Positions 36,136-45,505 of a stretch of 64,000 nt of DNA are shown piece after piece. The notes below the pieces were generated by a model that saw only the letters and a list, made by a program, of their open reading frames with translations, had not been told where the DNA came from and did not search any database. Location: the NCBI GenBank assembly GCA_046498225.1, contig JAWOBF010000061.1, positions 1 to 64,000 of the forward strand, read 5' to 3'. A program made the translations under genes and the position numbers. The stretch comes from Candidatus Aegiribacteria sp. Its GTDB lineage: Bacteria > Fermentibacterota > Fermentibacteria > Fermentibacterales > JCC-6. Position 1 is the stretch's first letter. Each line of letters begins with the position of its first letter.

Positions 36136-37521
36136 TCATCTGTTGTACCTGCTGATGAATTCCTCCACCTCGGGCACCCCTCCCTGGAGTATCAGGTAGC
36201 CGTTGTGAGGCTCCCTCTCCGTTATCTCTCCGGCTATGGGATTGCACATTATCTCCCTGACCTCTTCCCGGTCACCTGTCTGGCCAAGGGCCCAGCACAG
36301 CTTAACGTACGCCACCTCCGGAAGCATGTTGGCGGCGGGTACCACTCCCAGGTCCATTATGTCCCTGCCGGTATCGTAGACGAACATCTGCACGTACCCC
36401 CACAGGGTCTGCACCGTCATGTAGACGTGGACCCCCCGGTCGCACGCTCTCTTCAGGGAGGGATAGAGGGGCTTGTTAACGTGACCCAGTCCGGTGCCGG
36501 CTATCACTATTCCCCTGTAGCCGTTGTCCACCAGTGAATCGATTATGTCCGGCTGCATGTTGGGGTAGTAGTAGACGATGGAGACCCTGGGGTCGAAGGC
36601 GGTGTTTATCTTCACCTTCCGGTCCCCGCGCCGCTTCCTGTAGTCCTCATTGAGGATGGTTATACTGTCCTTCCTGACCATTGCCAGGGGAATGTCGCCT
36701 ATGGTCCTGAAGGTGGATCTGTAGGAAGAGTGCATCTTCCTCACCCTGGTGCCCCTGTGCAGGAGGTCGTACTGGTCGCTGGTGGGACCGAACATGCAAA
36801 CCATCACCTCCGCTATGTCGCTCCTGGCCGCGGCGTAGGTGGCGTTCATCAGGTTTATGGCGGCGTCGCTGGAGGGTCTGTCGCTTGACCGCTGCGAGCC
36901 CACCATCACTATGGGGACCGGAGGGTCCTGGACCATGAACGATAGAATCGCGGCGGTATGGTGCATGGTGTCCGTCCCGTGACCTATGACGATGCCGTCC
37001 ACTCCGTTCTCGATCTCCCTGCCGATGGCCTCCGCCGTCCCCTTCCACTGCTCCGGGCCCATGTTCTCGCTGAACACTCCGTACAGCTTCTCGGTCTTCA
37101 GGTTGCATATGTCCGCCAGTTCCGGCACCGAGCCGTAAAGTTCTCCCGGTGAGAACGCGGGAATGACGGCGCCGGTCCTGTAATCGAGCCTGGACGCTAT
37201 GGTGCCGCCGGTCCCGAACAGTTTGACGTCGGGTTTGCCGGGGTCGAAGGGAAACTCCTTCTCCGGTATCTTGTAATGGGCCTCTATTCTGCCCTTCTCC
37301 TTAATGGACTGGACGGTGTCCACGTCTATTCCCACGTTGTAGCCGTTATGGATCTTGAGCACTATGTGGTAATCGTCCGCGGTCTCCGAGCGAGGCAGGA
37401 TGACGCCCTTGAATCCCCCCCTGGTGGATTTTATCTCCACGTCCGACCACACGCCCACATCGTATTTCTTCAGACATTCGAGGCCTCTGCCCCTGTATCC
37501 CTTGTAACGGTCGGAAGACAG
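36136..37521 (-). CDS. gatD: Glu-tRNA(Gln) amidotransferase subunit D (archaeal-type); probable CTG start
   Basis: N-terminal VLKIHNGYNVGI barrel, GTGGTIASRLDYRTGAV, HGTDTM, GSQRSSDRPSSDA, RKMHSSYR; follows gatE. Confidence 0.93.
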   Translation of the reverse strand: MSSDRYKGYRGRGLECLKKYDVGVWSDVEIKSTRGGFKGVILPRSETADDYHIVLKIHNGYNVGIDVDTVQSIKEKGRIEAHYKIPEKEFPFDPGKPDVKLFGTGGTIASRLDYRTGAVIPAFSPGELYGSVPELADICNLKTEKLYGVFSENMGPEQWKGTAEAIGREIENGVDGIVIGHGTDTMHHTAAILSFMVQDPPVPIVMVGSQRSSDRPSSDAAINLMNATYAAARSDIAEVMVCMFGPTSDQYDLLHRGTRVRKMHSSYRSTFRTIGDIPLAMVRKDSITILNEDYRKRRGDRKVKINTAFDPRVSIVYYYPNMQPDIIDSLVDNGYRGIVIAGTGLGHVNKPLYPSLKRACDRGVHVYMTVQTLWGYVQMFVYDTGRDIMDLGVVPAANMLPEVAYVKLCWALGQTGDREEVREIMCNPIAGEITEREPHNGYLILQGGVPEVEEFISRYNR

Positions 37522-37549
37522 CTGGGATCACCTCCCTATTCTTCTGCGG

Positions 37550-39496
37550 TCATGCAGGATCGGCCCTGTCGGCCGAAAGCAGTTCTCGCACCACTTCACG
37601 AACCAGGGCGCCTTCGAGCATTCCGTCGAACTTCCGCCTCACCAGGCCTGTAAGGTAGCGCTCCATCCGTTCGGGGTCCGGGTCCGCCTGTCCGACCCGC
37701 AGGATGATCTTTCTGGCGGTTTCCTCCAGCTCCTGCCGGTCGGGAATGCTCACGTCCTTCACCGCCTCTTCCACCGGAAGGTCACGGCTTCCGCATATCC
37801 GCTCCAGAACCGCGGCGGCGGCCTCTATGGGAAGCCCGGCGCCGCTCACCCTGGAAAGCACGTTCAGCAGAGTCTCGCCGGGTACGCTTTCCACGTCGGC
37901 TTTTTTCCTGATGTGGTTCAGGGTGCTGAGGAAGAAATGCATCAACGTCACCGGGGTGTAATCCGACATCTCCAGCGCCCTGTCGTAGAGGTCCCGGTCT
38001 TCCGAAACGCTCATCTGACGAGCCGACTCCCCGGGCACTCCCGCGGCAGCATACCTCTCCGCCCTCTCCCACGGTCTTTCCGGAAGACGGGAGGCAACCT
38101 TTTCCATCAGCTCAGCGTTGATGGGGATCGGGGGCAGGTCGGTGTCCGGGTACATCCTGTTCGGACCCGGCAGTATGCGCTCGAAGCCCGTGGTCCCGTC
38201 CGGAAAAGACTGTCTGGTCTCGTTTATGACACCGTCCAGGGCCTCCTCCGCCCTTATGACTATCTCATCCACGGCGGTCTTCAGGTCCTCGCCGGACCCC
38301 CAGACCACTACGATGGCGTCCTCCGGTCCGCTGGAGGTGAGTTTTCTTATCCTCTCCCATTCCGCGGAAGAGAAGCTCTCGCCCTGGAAACCGTCGTGCA
38401 CCATGTTGGGCATCCGGTCAAGGCAGGCTATCACCCTCACCCGGTCGGATATCTCATCCGCGAATGTCTTTCCCGGCTGGGTGGGCGTGGCCGGCAGTCC
38501 TGCATACCCCCTGAGGGACACTGCACTAATCTGCAGGCCGGCGTGCAGGGCCTCGGCCGCGGGTGGATATGCCGACCCGGACAGTTCCCGGGTAATGTCG
38601 GCGGCTTTCCACCTGAAATTCTCCTTATCGACGCCCTTTCGAGCCAGACTGTTCATTATTTCAAGAAGGGATACCTGTCTGTAGGCTTCGTTATGGACCA
38701 GCAGCGGTATCTCGGGTATTCTGGAAACACCCTTTATCTCCACTCTCCGTCCTCCGGTGACGGAGACGTTCACGTCCTGCCTGGCGGCCCCGATACCTCT
38801 TCGCACCTTCCCGGACGACCTGGCGAGCCGGCTGAGTATGCGGCACACCCGCGCCACCTCCTGCGGCGTCCTCATCTGTGGCGCGGTCACCGTCTCTATG
38901 AGAGGTATTCCCAGCCTGTCGGTGAGGTATACCCGTCTGTGCCCTTCATCGCGCACCTCCCTGCATGCGTCCTCCTCCAGGCCAAGCTGGATGATATCTA
39001 TTCTCCTGTCCCCGAATGGGATCCAGCCGTCAACACCCAGTATAGTGGTCCTCTGAAAACCGGCCGGTATGGATCCGTCGAGGTACTGCTTCCTCTGTAT
39101 GTGTATCTCGCTGACAAGTTTGCAGTTGAGAAGCATGGTTATTTCCAGGGCGATCTCAAGGGCCTGCTGGTTCAGCTCGAAGGGTGGGGTGTCATCGATC
39201 TCGTAGGTGCAAATCGTACGCTTGTTTATCTGATAGATTATGTTTTTTCTGGTCTTGAACTCCATGAGCGCCGTGCCGTCGTATTCACCCAGTTCCGAGA
39301 GGGTCGGTCTCATGTGGCGGAGCACCCGGGCGTCGAACCTGTCCGAGTACGGCAGGACGGGACACCTGCAGAAGAGCTTCTTTTCCGTATCCAGCTGCTG
39401 GTGTATCTCCAGGCCGCTTCGAAGACCGATGTCCCTGTAATCGGAACCGGTGGTCTCGTCCATGCTTCTGATCAAATTGGGGCGGTCTCCTTTCAT
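37550..39496 (-). CDS. gatE: Glu-tRNA(Gln) amidotransferase subunit E (archaeal-type)
   Basis: GLEIHQQL, KKLFCRCP, RPTLSELGEYD, LEEDACR, DRLGIPLIE, RRGIGAARQDVNVS, AspRS-like insertion, PGPNRMYPDTD. Confidence 0.94.
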   Translation of the reverse strand: MKGDRPNLIRSMDETTGSDYRDIGLRSGLEIHQQLDTEKKLFCRCPVLPYSDRFDARVLRHMRPTLSELGEYDGTALMEFKTRKNIIYQINKRTICTYEIDDTPPFELNQQALEIALEITMLLNCKLVSEIHIQRKQYLDGSIPAGFQRTTILGVDGWIPFGDRRIDIIQLGLEEDACREVRDEGHRRVYLTDRLGIPLIETVTAPQMRTPQEVARVCRILSRLARSSGKVRRGIGAARQDVNVSVTGGRRVEIKGVSRIPEIPLLVHNEAYRQVSLLEIMNSLARKGVDKENFRWKAADITRELSGSAYPPAAEALHAGLQISAVSLRGYAGLPATPTQPGKTFADEISDRVRVIACLDRMPNMVHDGFQGESFSSAEWERIRKLTSSGPEDAIVVVWGSGEDLKTAVDEIVIRAEEALDGVINETRQSFPDGTTGFERILPGPNRMYPDTDLPPIPINAELMEKVASRLPERPWERAERYAAAGVPGESARQMSVSEDRDLYDRALEMSDYTPVTLMHFFLSTLNHIRKKADVESVPGETLLNVLSRVSGAGLPIEAAAAVLERICGSRDLPVEEAVKDVSIPDRQELEETARKIILRVGQADPDPERMERYLTGLVRRKFDGMLEGALVREVVRELLSADRADPA

Positions 39497-39574
39497 CGAG
39501 CCCGGAAATGAACCATAAAAAAAAGGAAATCCTGCGTGTCATGAGGAGCAGAACCATCCTGAGGACGGCTTTCA

Positions 39575-39603
39575 ATTATATTTCATGAGGACCGGTGAGA
39601 CAA
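39575..39603 (-). promoter_or_regulatory. Sigma70-type promoter for gatE-gatD
   Basis: TTGTCT-N17-TATAAT. Confidence 0.7.
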
Positions 39604-39621
39604 TACTTGCCCGGGGCGGAA

Positions 39622-40899
39622 TCAGATGTCCAGCTCCTTCAGCCGGGAAAGCAGGGTCCTGTAGCTCACCCTCAGCATCTCGGCCGCCCTCTTCCTGTTG
39701 CCCCCGGTCTCTCTCAGAGCCCTCTTTATCAGCTGGGTCTCCCGTATCCGGGCGGCCTTGGCGGACTCCTCCAGAAGACCCTGCTCGGCTTCAGATTCCT
39801 CTATCTCCAGGATTTCCGGGCCCAGAACGCTGCCGTCCACCAGCGCGGCCGCCCTCAATACGATGCTTCTGAGCTGTCTCACGTTCCCCGGCCATCTGCA
39901 GGTCATGAGCTTCTGCGTGGCCTCCTCCGTCAGTTTCATGTGCCCGTATCCCGACTGGTCCAGGAAGTGACGCGCCAGCTGCGGAATGTCCTCCGGTCTC
40001 TCCCTGAGGGGAGCTATGGTGACGGGAAACTCGCCTATTCTGAAATAGAGGTCGTCCCTGAAAGTGCCGGCTTCCGTCTCGCTCCTGAGGTCCCGGTTGC
40101 TGGCGGAAATGACCCTGGCGTTGGTATGGAGGGTCTCCGTCCCCCCTACCCGGGTGTACTCCCTCTCCTGGAGCACTCGAAGCAGTTTTCCCTGCAGAGG
40201 TCTGTCCAGGTCCCCCACCTCGTCCAGGAATATGGTCCCCCCCCGGGCGTGCTCGAACCTGCCAGCCCGTGTCCTGTCAGCGCCGGTGTAGGCTCCCTTC
40301 TCGGCACCGAAAAGCTCGCTTTCCAGGAGGTCCGCGGGTATGGCCGCGCAGTTCACCGGAACGAAGGGACCTTTCCCGCGTGAGCTCTCCGCGTGTATCA
40401 TTCGGGCCAGGAGTTCCTTGCCCGTACCGCTCTCTCCCAGTACCAGTACGTTGAGATCCGTCCCGGCGCCCCTGGTGGCCCTGGATATGGTGGACATCAG
40501 AGACGGCGACGAACCCACTATCTCGGTGCCGGGTGAATGGGAATAGCGTCTTACCAGCGCCAGGAGCTCGTCCAGGTCGAAGGGCTTGGTGATGAAGTCG
40601 CGCGCTCCCTCCTTCATGGCCTCCACGGCCAGGTCCACCGTTCCGAAAGCGGTCATCAGGACCACGGGTACCCAGTGTTTCATCTCCCTGGCGTTCCTGA
40701 GTATGTCCATTCCGCTTATCTCCCCGGGAAGGCATATGTCGCTCAGTATGAGGCTGACGGTCTCCGCTTCCAGCTCTTTCATGGCCTGGGCTCCGGAAGG
40801 AACGGCTAGCACCCTCCATCCGTCCTCCCGCAGAGCCGTTGTAAGCATGTTGCGCATGGCCCGCTTGTCCTCCACAAGAAGAATGGTCTCCATGTTCAC
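39622..40899 (-). CDS. Sigma54-dependent response regulator (NtrC family: REC-AAA+-Fis HTH)
   Basis: LVED, SD, KPF; GESGTGKE, ESELFG, GAYTGA, FLDEV, WPGNVRQL. Confidence 0.94.
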   Translation of the reverse strand: MNMETILLVEDKRAMRNMLTTALREDGWRVLAVPSGAQAMKELEAETVSLILSDICLPGEISGMDILRNAREMKHWVPVVLMTAFGTVDLAVEAMKEGARDFITKPFDLDELLALVRRYSHSPGTEIVGSSPSLMSTISRATRGAGTDLNVLVLGESGTGKELLARMIHAESSRGKGPFVPVNCAAIPADLLESELFGAEKGAYTGADRTRAGRFEHARGGTIFLDEVGDLDRPLQGKLLRVLQEREYTRVGGTETLHTNARVISASNRDLRSETEAGTFRDDLYFRIGEFPVTIAPLRERPEDIPQLARHFLDQSGYGHMKLTEEATQKLMTCRWPGNVRQLRSIVLRAAALVDGSVLGPEILEIEESEAEQGLLEESAKAARIRETQLIKRALRETGGNRKRAAEMLRVSYRTLLSRLKELDI

Positions 40900-42575
40900 G
40901 CCTCCTCCGGGAAGGGGAGTGGAAGAACGATCTCGAAGACCGCTCCCCCTCCGGCCTGGTTCCTGCAGCTGAGTTCCCCGCCCATGGTCCTGATTATCCT
41001 TCTGCTGACGTAGAGCCCCAGCCCCATGCTTCCGCTGTCCCTGTCCTTGGTGGTGCGGAAGGGCCTGAATATCTCATCCAGGTCCATGGATATTCCGGGT
41101 CCGGTGTCCGTCACGGATATCACGGCGTTCCCCCGGCGGGAGGTCAGCTTTACCTCCACTTCGGATGACGGATTGGCTTCCAGAGCGTTCCGAACGATAT
41201 TCCGCACGCAGGAGGCCAGGAGTTCCATATCGGCTCTAAGGCTCACCTCTCCAGCCTCCATCAGGACGGTACACCTGTCGGGACAGCTTCCGCAGGCTTC
41301 CCGGCAGATCCTCTCCAGGTCATCCCGGTCCAGGGACGCGGAAACCGGCTCAGGGGAACGGGCGAAACTGCCGAAGGAGTTTATCAGGGCCTGGGCGGAC
41401 TCCACCTCCCTCCTCACCTCCTCCAGTATGCCGCTGGTCCTGCTGTCCGAATGTCCCCTGGCGAGAAGGTCCACGAAGCCGGACAGGGCGCAGAGTGTGT
41501 TGCCCATTTCGTGTGAAATTCCCGCCGAAGCGGCTCCCACGTCAGCCATGGCAGTCTGGTCGGCTATCCGTCTTTCCAGTTCGCTTATCCTTGTGACGTC
41601 GGTGACCAGGACGGCCAGCTCATCGGTCCTGGAGCGGGATATCTCAACGGTGTACATCCTGCCGGTCCTGCCGGGGTCTCTCCGCAGCTGGAACTCCGCG
41701 GAGGAGGATGAGGATTCCATGGAGGCGACCAGCGGTTTCAGCCGCCTGCCGGCTTCCGTCCTGTCCCACGGGAACTCCCTTCCCACGTCATCGTAATCCA
41801 GGTCGAACAGCTCCCGGGACTGTTGATTGAACAGCTGCAGCTCCCCCCCGGCGTCTATGGCCAGAACGGCCGAGCCCAGCACGGAGAGAATGGCAGCCGA
41901 CCTCTTCTCAATTCTCTCGGCCCTCTCCTCCGCTCTCTCCCTCATCCGGTTCAGCTGTCTCTCTCTCAGGTGCAGGAGTTCCACCAGCCTGTGAAAGGAA
42001 GCCCCGGCAGTCTCGGGGTCGGTCCCGCCCCCGCTGGTGAATCGGTCCGCCTCGACCAGTATCTCCCTCAGCGGGGAGATGACGGTTCGGGAAAGGTACC
42101 TGGGGGTGAGGAAAGCCAGGACGGTCAGCGCCGCGGTCAGGGCCGCAAGTCCCGCGGTCAGGCCTCCGTAGAGAGAGGATATCCTGGAGGTGGCCGGCCT
42201 TACTCCCACCCGCATACCCCTGCTGTCAGGCTGGGAGAAGTACCAGTCCTCCCCCTCCCGGGGAACGGGGGTCTCTCCCCGCGCATGGCCGGAGGCGGCT
42301 GCGACCTCGCCGTCCCGGTCCAGGACAACCGCGTATTCAAGACCTCCGCTGTCCACCAGCGGTTCCGCCGTATCCCGAATGAACTCGTCCGGGTCGCTGC
42401 CTTCCAGAGCGCTGCCCATGGCGAAGGCCGTGACCGTTGCCATGTGACCAGACTCCGACCTGAGGTCCATGTTAACCAGGAAGGCTGTCATGAAAGCAAC
42501 GGCGGTCGCGGCCGCGGCTACTCCTATGGAAAGGCCCGTGAGGAGTTCTACACTTATCATGAACTTTCTGGACAA
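40896..42575 (-). CDS. Membrane sensor histidine kinase (NtrB/NtrY-like, PAS-like domain)
   Basis: Two TM helices; H box ISHEMGN, NALEA, DTGPG, F box, GLGL; coupled to the regulator. Confidence 0.92.
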   Translation of the reverse strand: MSRKFMISVELLTGLSIGVAAAATAVAFMTAFLVNMDLRSESGHMATVTAFAMGSALEGSDPDEFIRDTAEPLVDSGGLEYAVVLDRDGEVAAASGHARGETPVPREGEDWYFSQPDSRGMRVGVRPATSRISSLYGGLTAGLAALTAALTVLAFLTPRYLSRTVISPLREILVEADRFTSGGGTDPETAGASFHRLVELLHLRERQLNRMRERAEERAERIEKRSAAILSVLGSAVLAIDAGGELQLFNQQSRELFDLDYDDVGREFPWDRTEAGRRLKPLVASMESSSSSAEFQLRRDPGRTGRMYTVEISRSRTDELAVLVTDVTRISELERRIADQTAMADVGAASAGISHEMGNTLCALSGFVDLLARGHSDSRTSGILEEVRREVESAQALINSFGSFARSPEPVSASLDRDDLERICREACGSCPDRCTVLMEAGEVSLRADMELLASCVRNIVRNALEANPSSEVEVKLTSRRGNAVISVTDTGPGISMDLDEIFRPFRTTKDRDSGSMGLGLYVSRRIIRTMGGELSCRNQAGGGAVFEIVLPLPFPEEA

Positions 42576-42666
42576 ACCGCTCCCCCCGCCGTATAGGGTG
42601 AACTATCCCGGTCAATACTGCACAAGGGATGGTTCCGGCGCAAGTATTTCTTCGTCCCCCGGTCCC

Positions 42667-44697
42667 TCATCTTACGGTTACGGCGTCCAGGTAGATTCCG
42701 TGGAGGTCATCGTCCGGGCCAGCCGCCGGTATGACTTCGATGAGCAGTGTATCCGCCGTGACCGGCATCTCCAGGGTCCATCGGAGCTCTCCGAGGTTCT
42801 CTGGCCTCTTCTCCAGGCCCGCTTCCCTGATGCGGGTGGTCCAGTCCGGAGGGTCCAGCATATCCGAGACGGAGAAGAGGGAATCGCTCCAGCCGCCGCA
42901 GGTGAGCCTGATGCCCGGTCCCCGTCCTTCCCCCATGCTCCTGTAGGTTATCTCCACGGCGGCCACGTCTCCGGGGTCACGGCGAACGGGTATCCTGACA
43001 GCGTCCTCCTCCCTGTGAAGACGAAGCATCCGCTGTGTGGAGAACATCCAGAATTTTCTGTGCTCCGGTTCCGTCTCCCGCGGATATAACTGGCAGAAGT
43101 CCTTCATGGAGGGGGGTATATCCTCCGCCTCCCACCTGGTCCGGGTAGTTCCTCCGGCCAGGCAGAGAAGCGCGAAACCGGCCGCCAGCACGTAACCGGT
43201 CCCGCCTCTTCGCGCGGCTATCATCCACACCACCAGCGCGGACCCCAGTATCCAGAACAGGAAGACCGGAAGACTGAACCTCACCGCGCTGGGCACCCAG
43301 GCGGCCAGAGACCCGGCGGCGCCTGCCAGGGTGGAGGCCAGGGCGTCCGTACCGTCGGCATGGTTCATTCTCAGCAGGGGATGGCAGTAGTACACCGCGC
43401 CGGCGGCCATCGATATCCACACGAGTACCCGCACTCCGGCCCTCTTCATGACCATGCCCAGGGAAGCCAGCAGGATCGGCAGAAGGGGAAGCAGCATGCG
43501 CCCGGCGGGAGTGGGCATGCCGCTCCAGTTGGTGCCGGTCCAGTAAACTAGAACGAGAAGGTAGAGAAGTCCCGGCAGACCAAGCCATCGGAACAGGGCC
43601 CTTCTTTCCCTCCTGAGGGCCGGCAGGCCGGCCAGGCCGGCGAGCACCCACGGGGCCTTCCACAACAGTCCGCTCTCTATGTCCACCAGTGTGGAGAAGA
43701 GGGCGAGCAAGAGGTGTGAGGAACGGTACAGCGGCTGTACAAGGACGGTTTTGAGGAATTCAACGTTCCCGTATCTGACCCAGAACACCCTTCCGCCGAG
43801 GAACCCAAAGTCGAAAAGAAGGCCCGCGGCGGCGACGGACAGAAGAACAAGCGCTATGGTGAGCCGTTTTCTGCCCCTGTATTCAAGTAACAGTGCCAGC
43901 AGAAGACCGAGTGAAAGGCCGGCGAACCTGATCTTTACAAGCACCAGCGCCCCCGCAGCCGCCAGGACCCAGACTTTTCTTCCTCCCTTGAGGAACATGT
44001 AAACTCCCGTAACGAATACAGCCACCGCCAGCCAGCCGGGGTACACAAGGCCCAGAACGCCGCTTCCGGGCATGGTCAGCAGGGCGAGAAGGGGAAGTTC
44101 CCGCCATTTCCGGAATCCTGATTTCCTCATCGTCCGGGACAAGACGGTCACCGCCCACAGCGCGAACAGCGTGTTCATCAGCCTGATACCCGTAATCCCG
44201 CCGGGATATCCCGGAAGCATCAGCGCCGGGTAGAGGCTCTGATGGTGGCGGAATCCCTCTCCGGGGTCCCCGGCCTGGCGCTGGTACTCCTGGAACCTGC
44301 CCGTCCCGCCGGGGAACAGCTCCTCCGTTATCCTGGCGTAATGGGGCTCGTCACCGGTGAAGGGAACAAGGACCAGTATCATGGGAACCAGCGGAATAAC
44401 CGCCATCAGCAGACCGAGCCGTCTCCTGGAGACCTTCATGAGGCCGGGAAACACGGCCAGCATTGCCGATGAGGAGGCGACTGTGAACATTCCGGGAGCG
44501 GCCGCCCAGAAAACAAAGAGCAGCAGCGATATTCCCAGAAGCTGAAGTGACGCCGCCGGCCGGTCTCCCCTGCCGTACACGACGGCGGTTATCAGCCAGG
44601 CGAGGGGGATCAGCCTTCCCAGTACTCCGGGAGAGGGCATGCCGGTCATCCTCCAGGCGATGAATAGGAGTATGCCGCCAAGGGCATGGAATGCCAT
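42667..44697 (-). CDS. Polytopic membrane protein, probable GT-C glycosyltransferase
   Basis: Many TM segments; GDEPHY acidic loop motif; GLLWKAP and PAGRMLLP; C-terminal soluble beta domain. Confidence 0.6.
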   Translation of the reverse strand: MAFHALGGILLFIAWRMTGMPSPGVLGRLIPLAWLITAVVYGRGDRPAASLQLLGISLLLFVFWAAAPGMFTVASSSAMLAVFPGLMKVSRRRLGLLMAVIPLVPMILVLVPFTGDEPHYARITEELFPGGTGRFQEYQRQAGDPGEGFRHHQSLYPALMLPGYPGGITGIRLMNTLFALWAVTVLSRTMRKSGFRKWRELPLLALLTMPGSGVLGLVYPGWLAVAVFVTGVYMFLKGGRKVWVLAAAGALVLVKIRFAGLSLGLLLALLLEYRGRKRLTIALVLLSVAAAGLLFDFGFLGGRVFWVRYGNVEFLKTVLVQPLYRSSHLLLALFSTLVDIESGLLWKAPWVLAGLAGLPALRRERRALFRWLGLPGLLYLLVLVYWTGTNWSGMPTPAGRMLLPLLPILLASLGMVMKRAGVRVLVWISMAAGAVYYCHPLLRMNHADGTDALASTLAGAAGSLAAWVPSAVRFSLPVFLFWILGSALVVWMIAARRGGTGYVLAAGFALLCLAGGTTRTRWEAEDIPPSMKDFCQLYPRETEPEHRKFWMFSTQRMLRLHREEDAVRIPVRRDPGDVAAVEITYRSMGEGRGPGIRLTCGGWSDSLFSVSDMLDPPDWTTRIREAGLEKRPENLGELRWTLEMPVTADTLLIEVIPAAGPDDDLHGIYLDAVTVR

Positions 44698-44728
44698 TCC
44701 CCTGCGATCCCCGGCCAGATTCGTAAGC

Positions 44729-45505
44729 CTATTCAGTTCCGGCCTCCGCCCCGATAAAGTGTATGACGGGATGGTTCATCGGCTTCCATCGCCTCGAGAG
44801 AACGACTGAGACAGGGAACACCGGTTCGTTCATTCGAATCCGGACCTCTCCGGACGGGACGGGGAACGAAGTGTCCCCGGCCATGACGAAGCCCACCGGC
44901 TCGTCGTCCCGGACACCTCCTGCCGAAAGCAGGATACGAAGGTCTGCGGGCTCCGCCTCTCCCGCTTCCAGAACCAGTGCAGGGGCCGACAGGTCGAGTC
45001 TCTCCGAATGTTCCCACGCAATACCCCCCCGGACGAAGTATTCCTCGGCGCGGCGGGCGGCCGGCGGTGAGGCCAGGGGGATGCCCCCTGCGGCTACAGA
45101 AGCCGCCAGGCCGGCTCCGATGAATGCGGACCTGTTAATGGAAGCCGCCGGAAAAACAGCCGCCGCGGCGGCTATGCCCAGCGGGACCAGCCCTGTCAGG
45201 GAACCGGACAGGATCGCTGCCGCAACCGACAGGAGAAAGGCCGACCGGGAGATGACGCACTCCGAGCAGGCCATGGCGGAGAGCGCTCCGGCCAGAAGAA
45301 GGGCCGCCGCGAAACCGTCGGTCCGGACCAGCAGGGAGAGTCCCCCGAGAAGCACGCACGCCGCCAGGACCCTCGCCGGACCGCTGTAGAAGAGAATGCC
45401 CGCGGCGAGGAAGCAGGCGGAGAGAGATAGCGCGTCGATGCCTCTGAGCAGAAGCATCCCCGCCGCCGCAGCGCCCAGAATCGTGAGTCTCGATCTATTC
45501 GTAAT
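44729..45505 (-). CDS. Hypothetical membrane protein (start uncertain: ATT 45505 or TTG 45550)
   Basis: Ala/Leu/Gly-rich TM region followed by a soluble domain; fills the operon gap. Confidence 0.6.
   Translation of the reverse strand: MTNRSRLTILGAAAAGMLLLRGIDALSLSACFLAAGILFYSGPARVLAACVLLGGLSLLVRTDGFAAALLLAGALSAMACSECVISRSAFLLSVAAAILSGSLTGLVPLGIAAAAAVFPAASINRSAFIGAGLAASVAAGGIPLASPPAARRAEEYFVRGGIAWEHSERLDLSAPALVLEAGEAEPADLRILLSAGGVRDDEPVGFVMAGDTSFPVPSGEVRIRMNEPVFPVSVVLSRRWKPMNHPVIHFIGAEAGTE

Noticed and set aside
36136..37521. Annotation as a plain type I L-asparaginase
   Set aside because: It has the GatD N-terminal barrel, the ASRLDYRTGAV and QRSSDRPSSD motifs, and an adjacent gatE.
37913..39511. 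532-aa antisense ORF over gatE
   Set aside because: Antisense shadow of a well-supported gene; no recognisable motifs.
39497..39575. T-box riboswitch upstream of gatE
   Set aside because: The leader is only about 70 nt and has no Stem I or UGGNACC antiterminator bulge.
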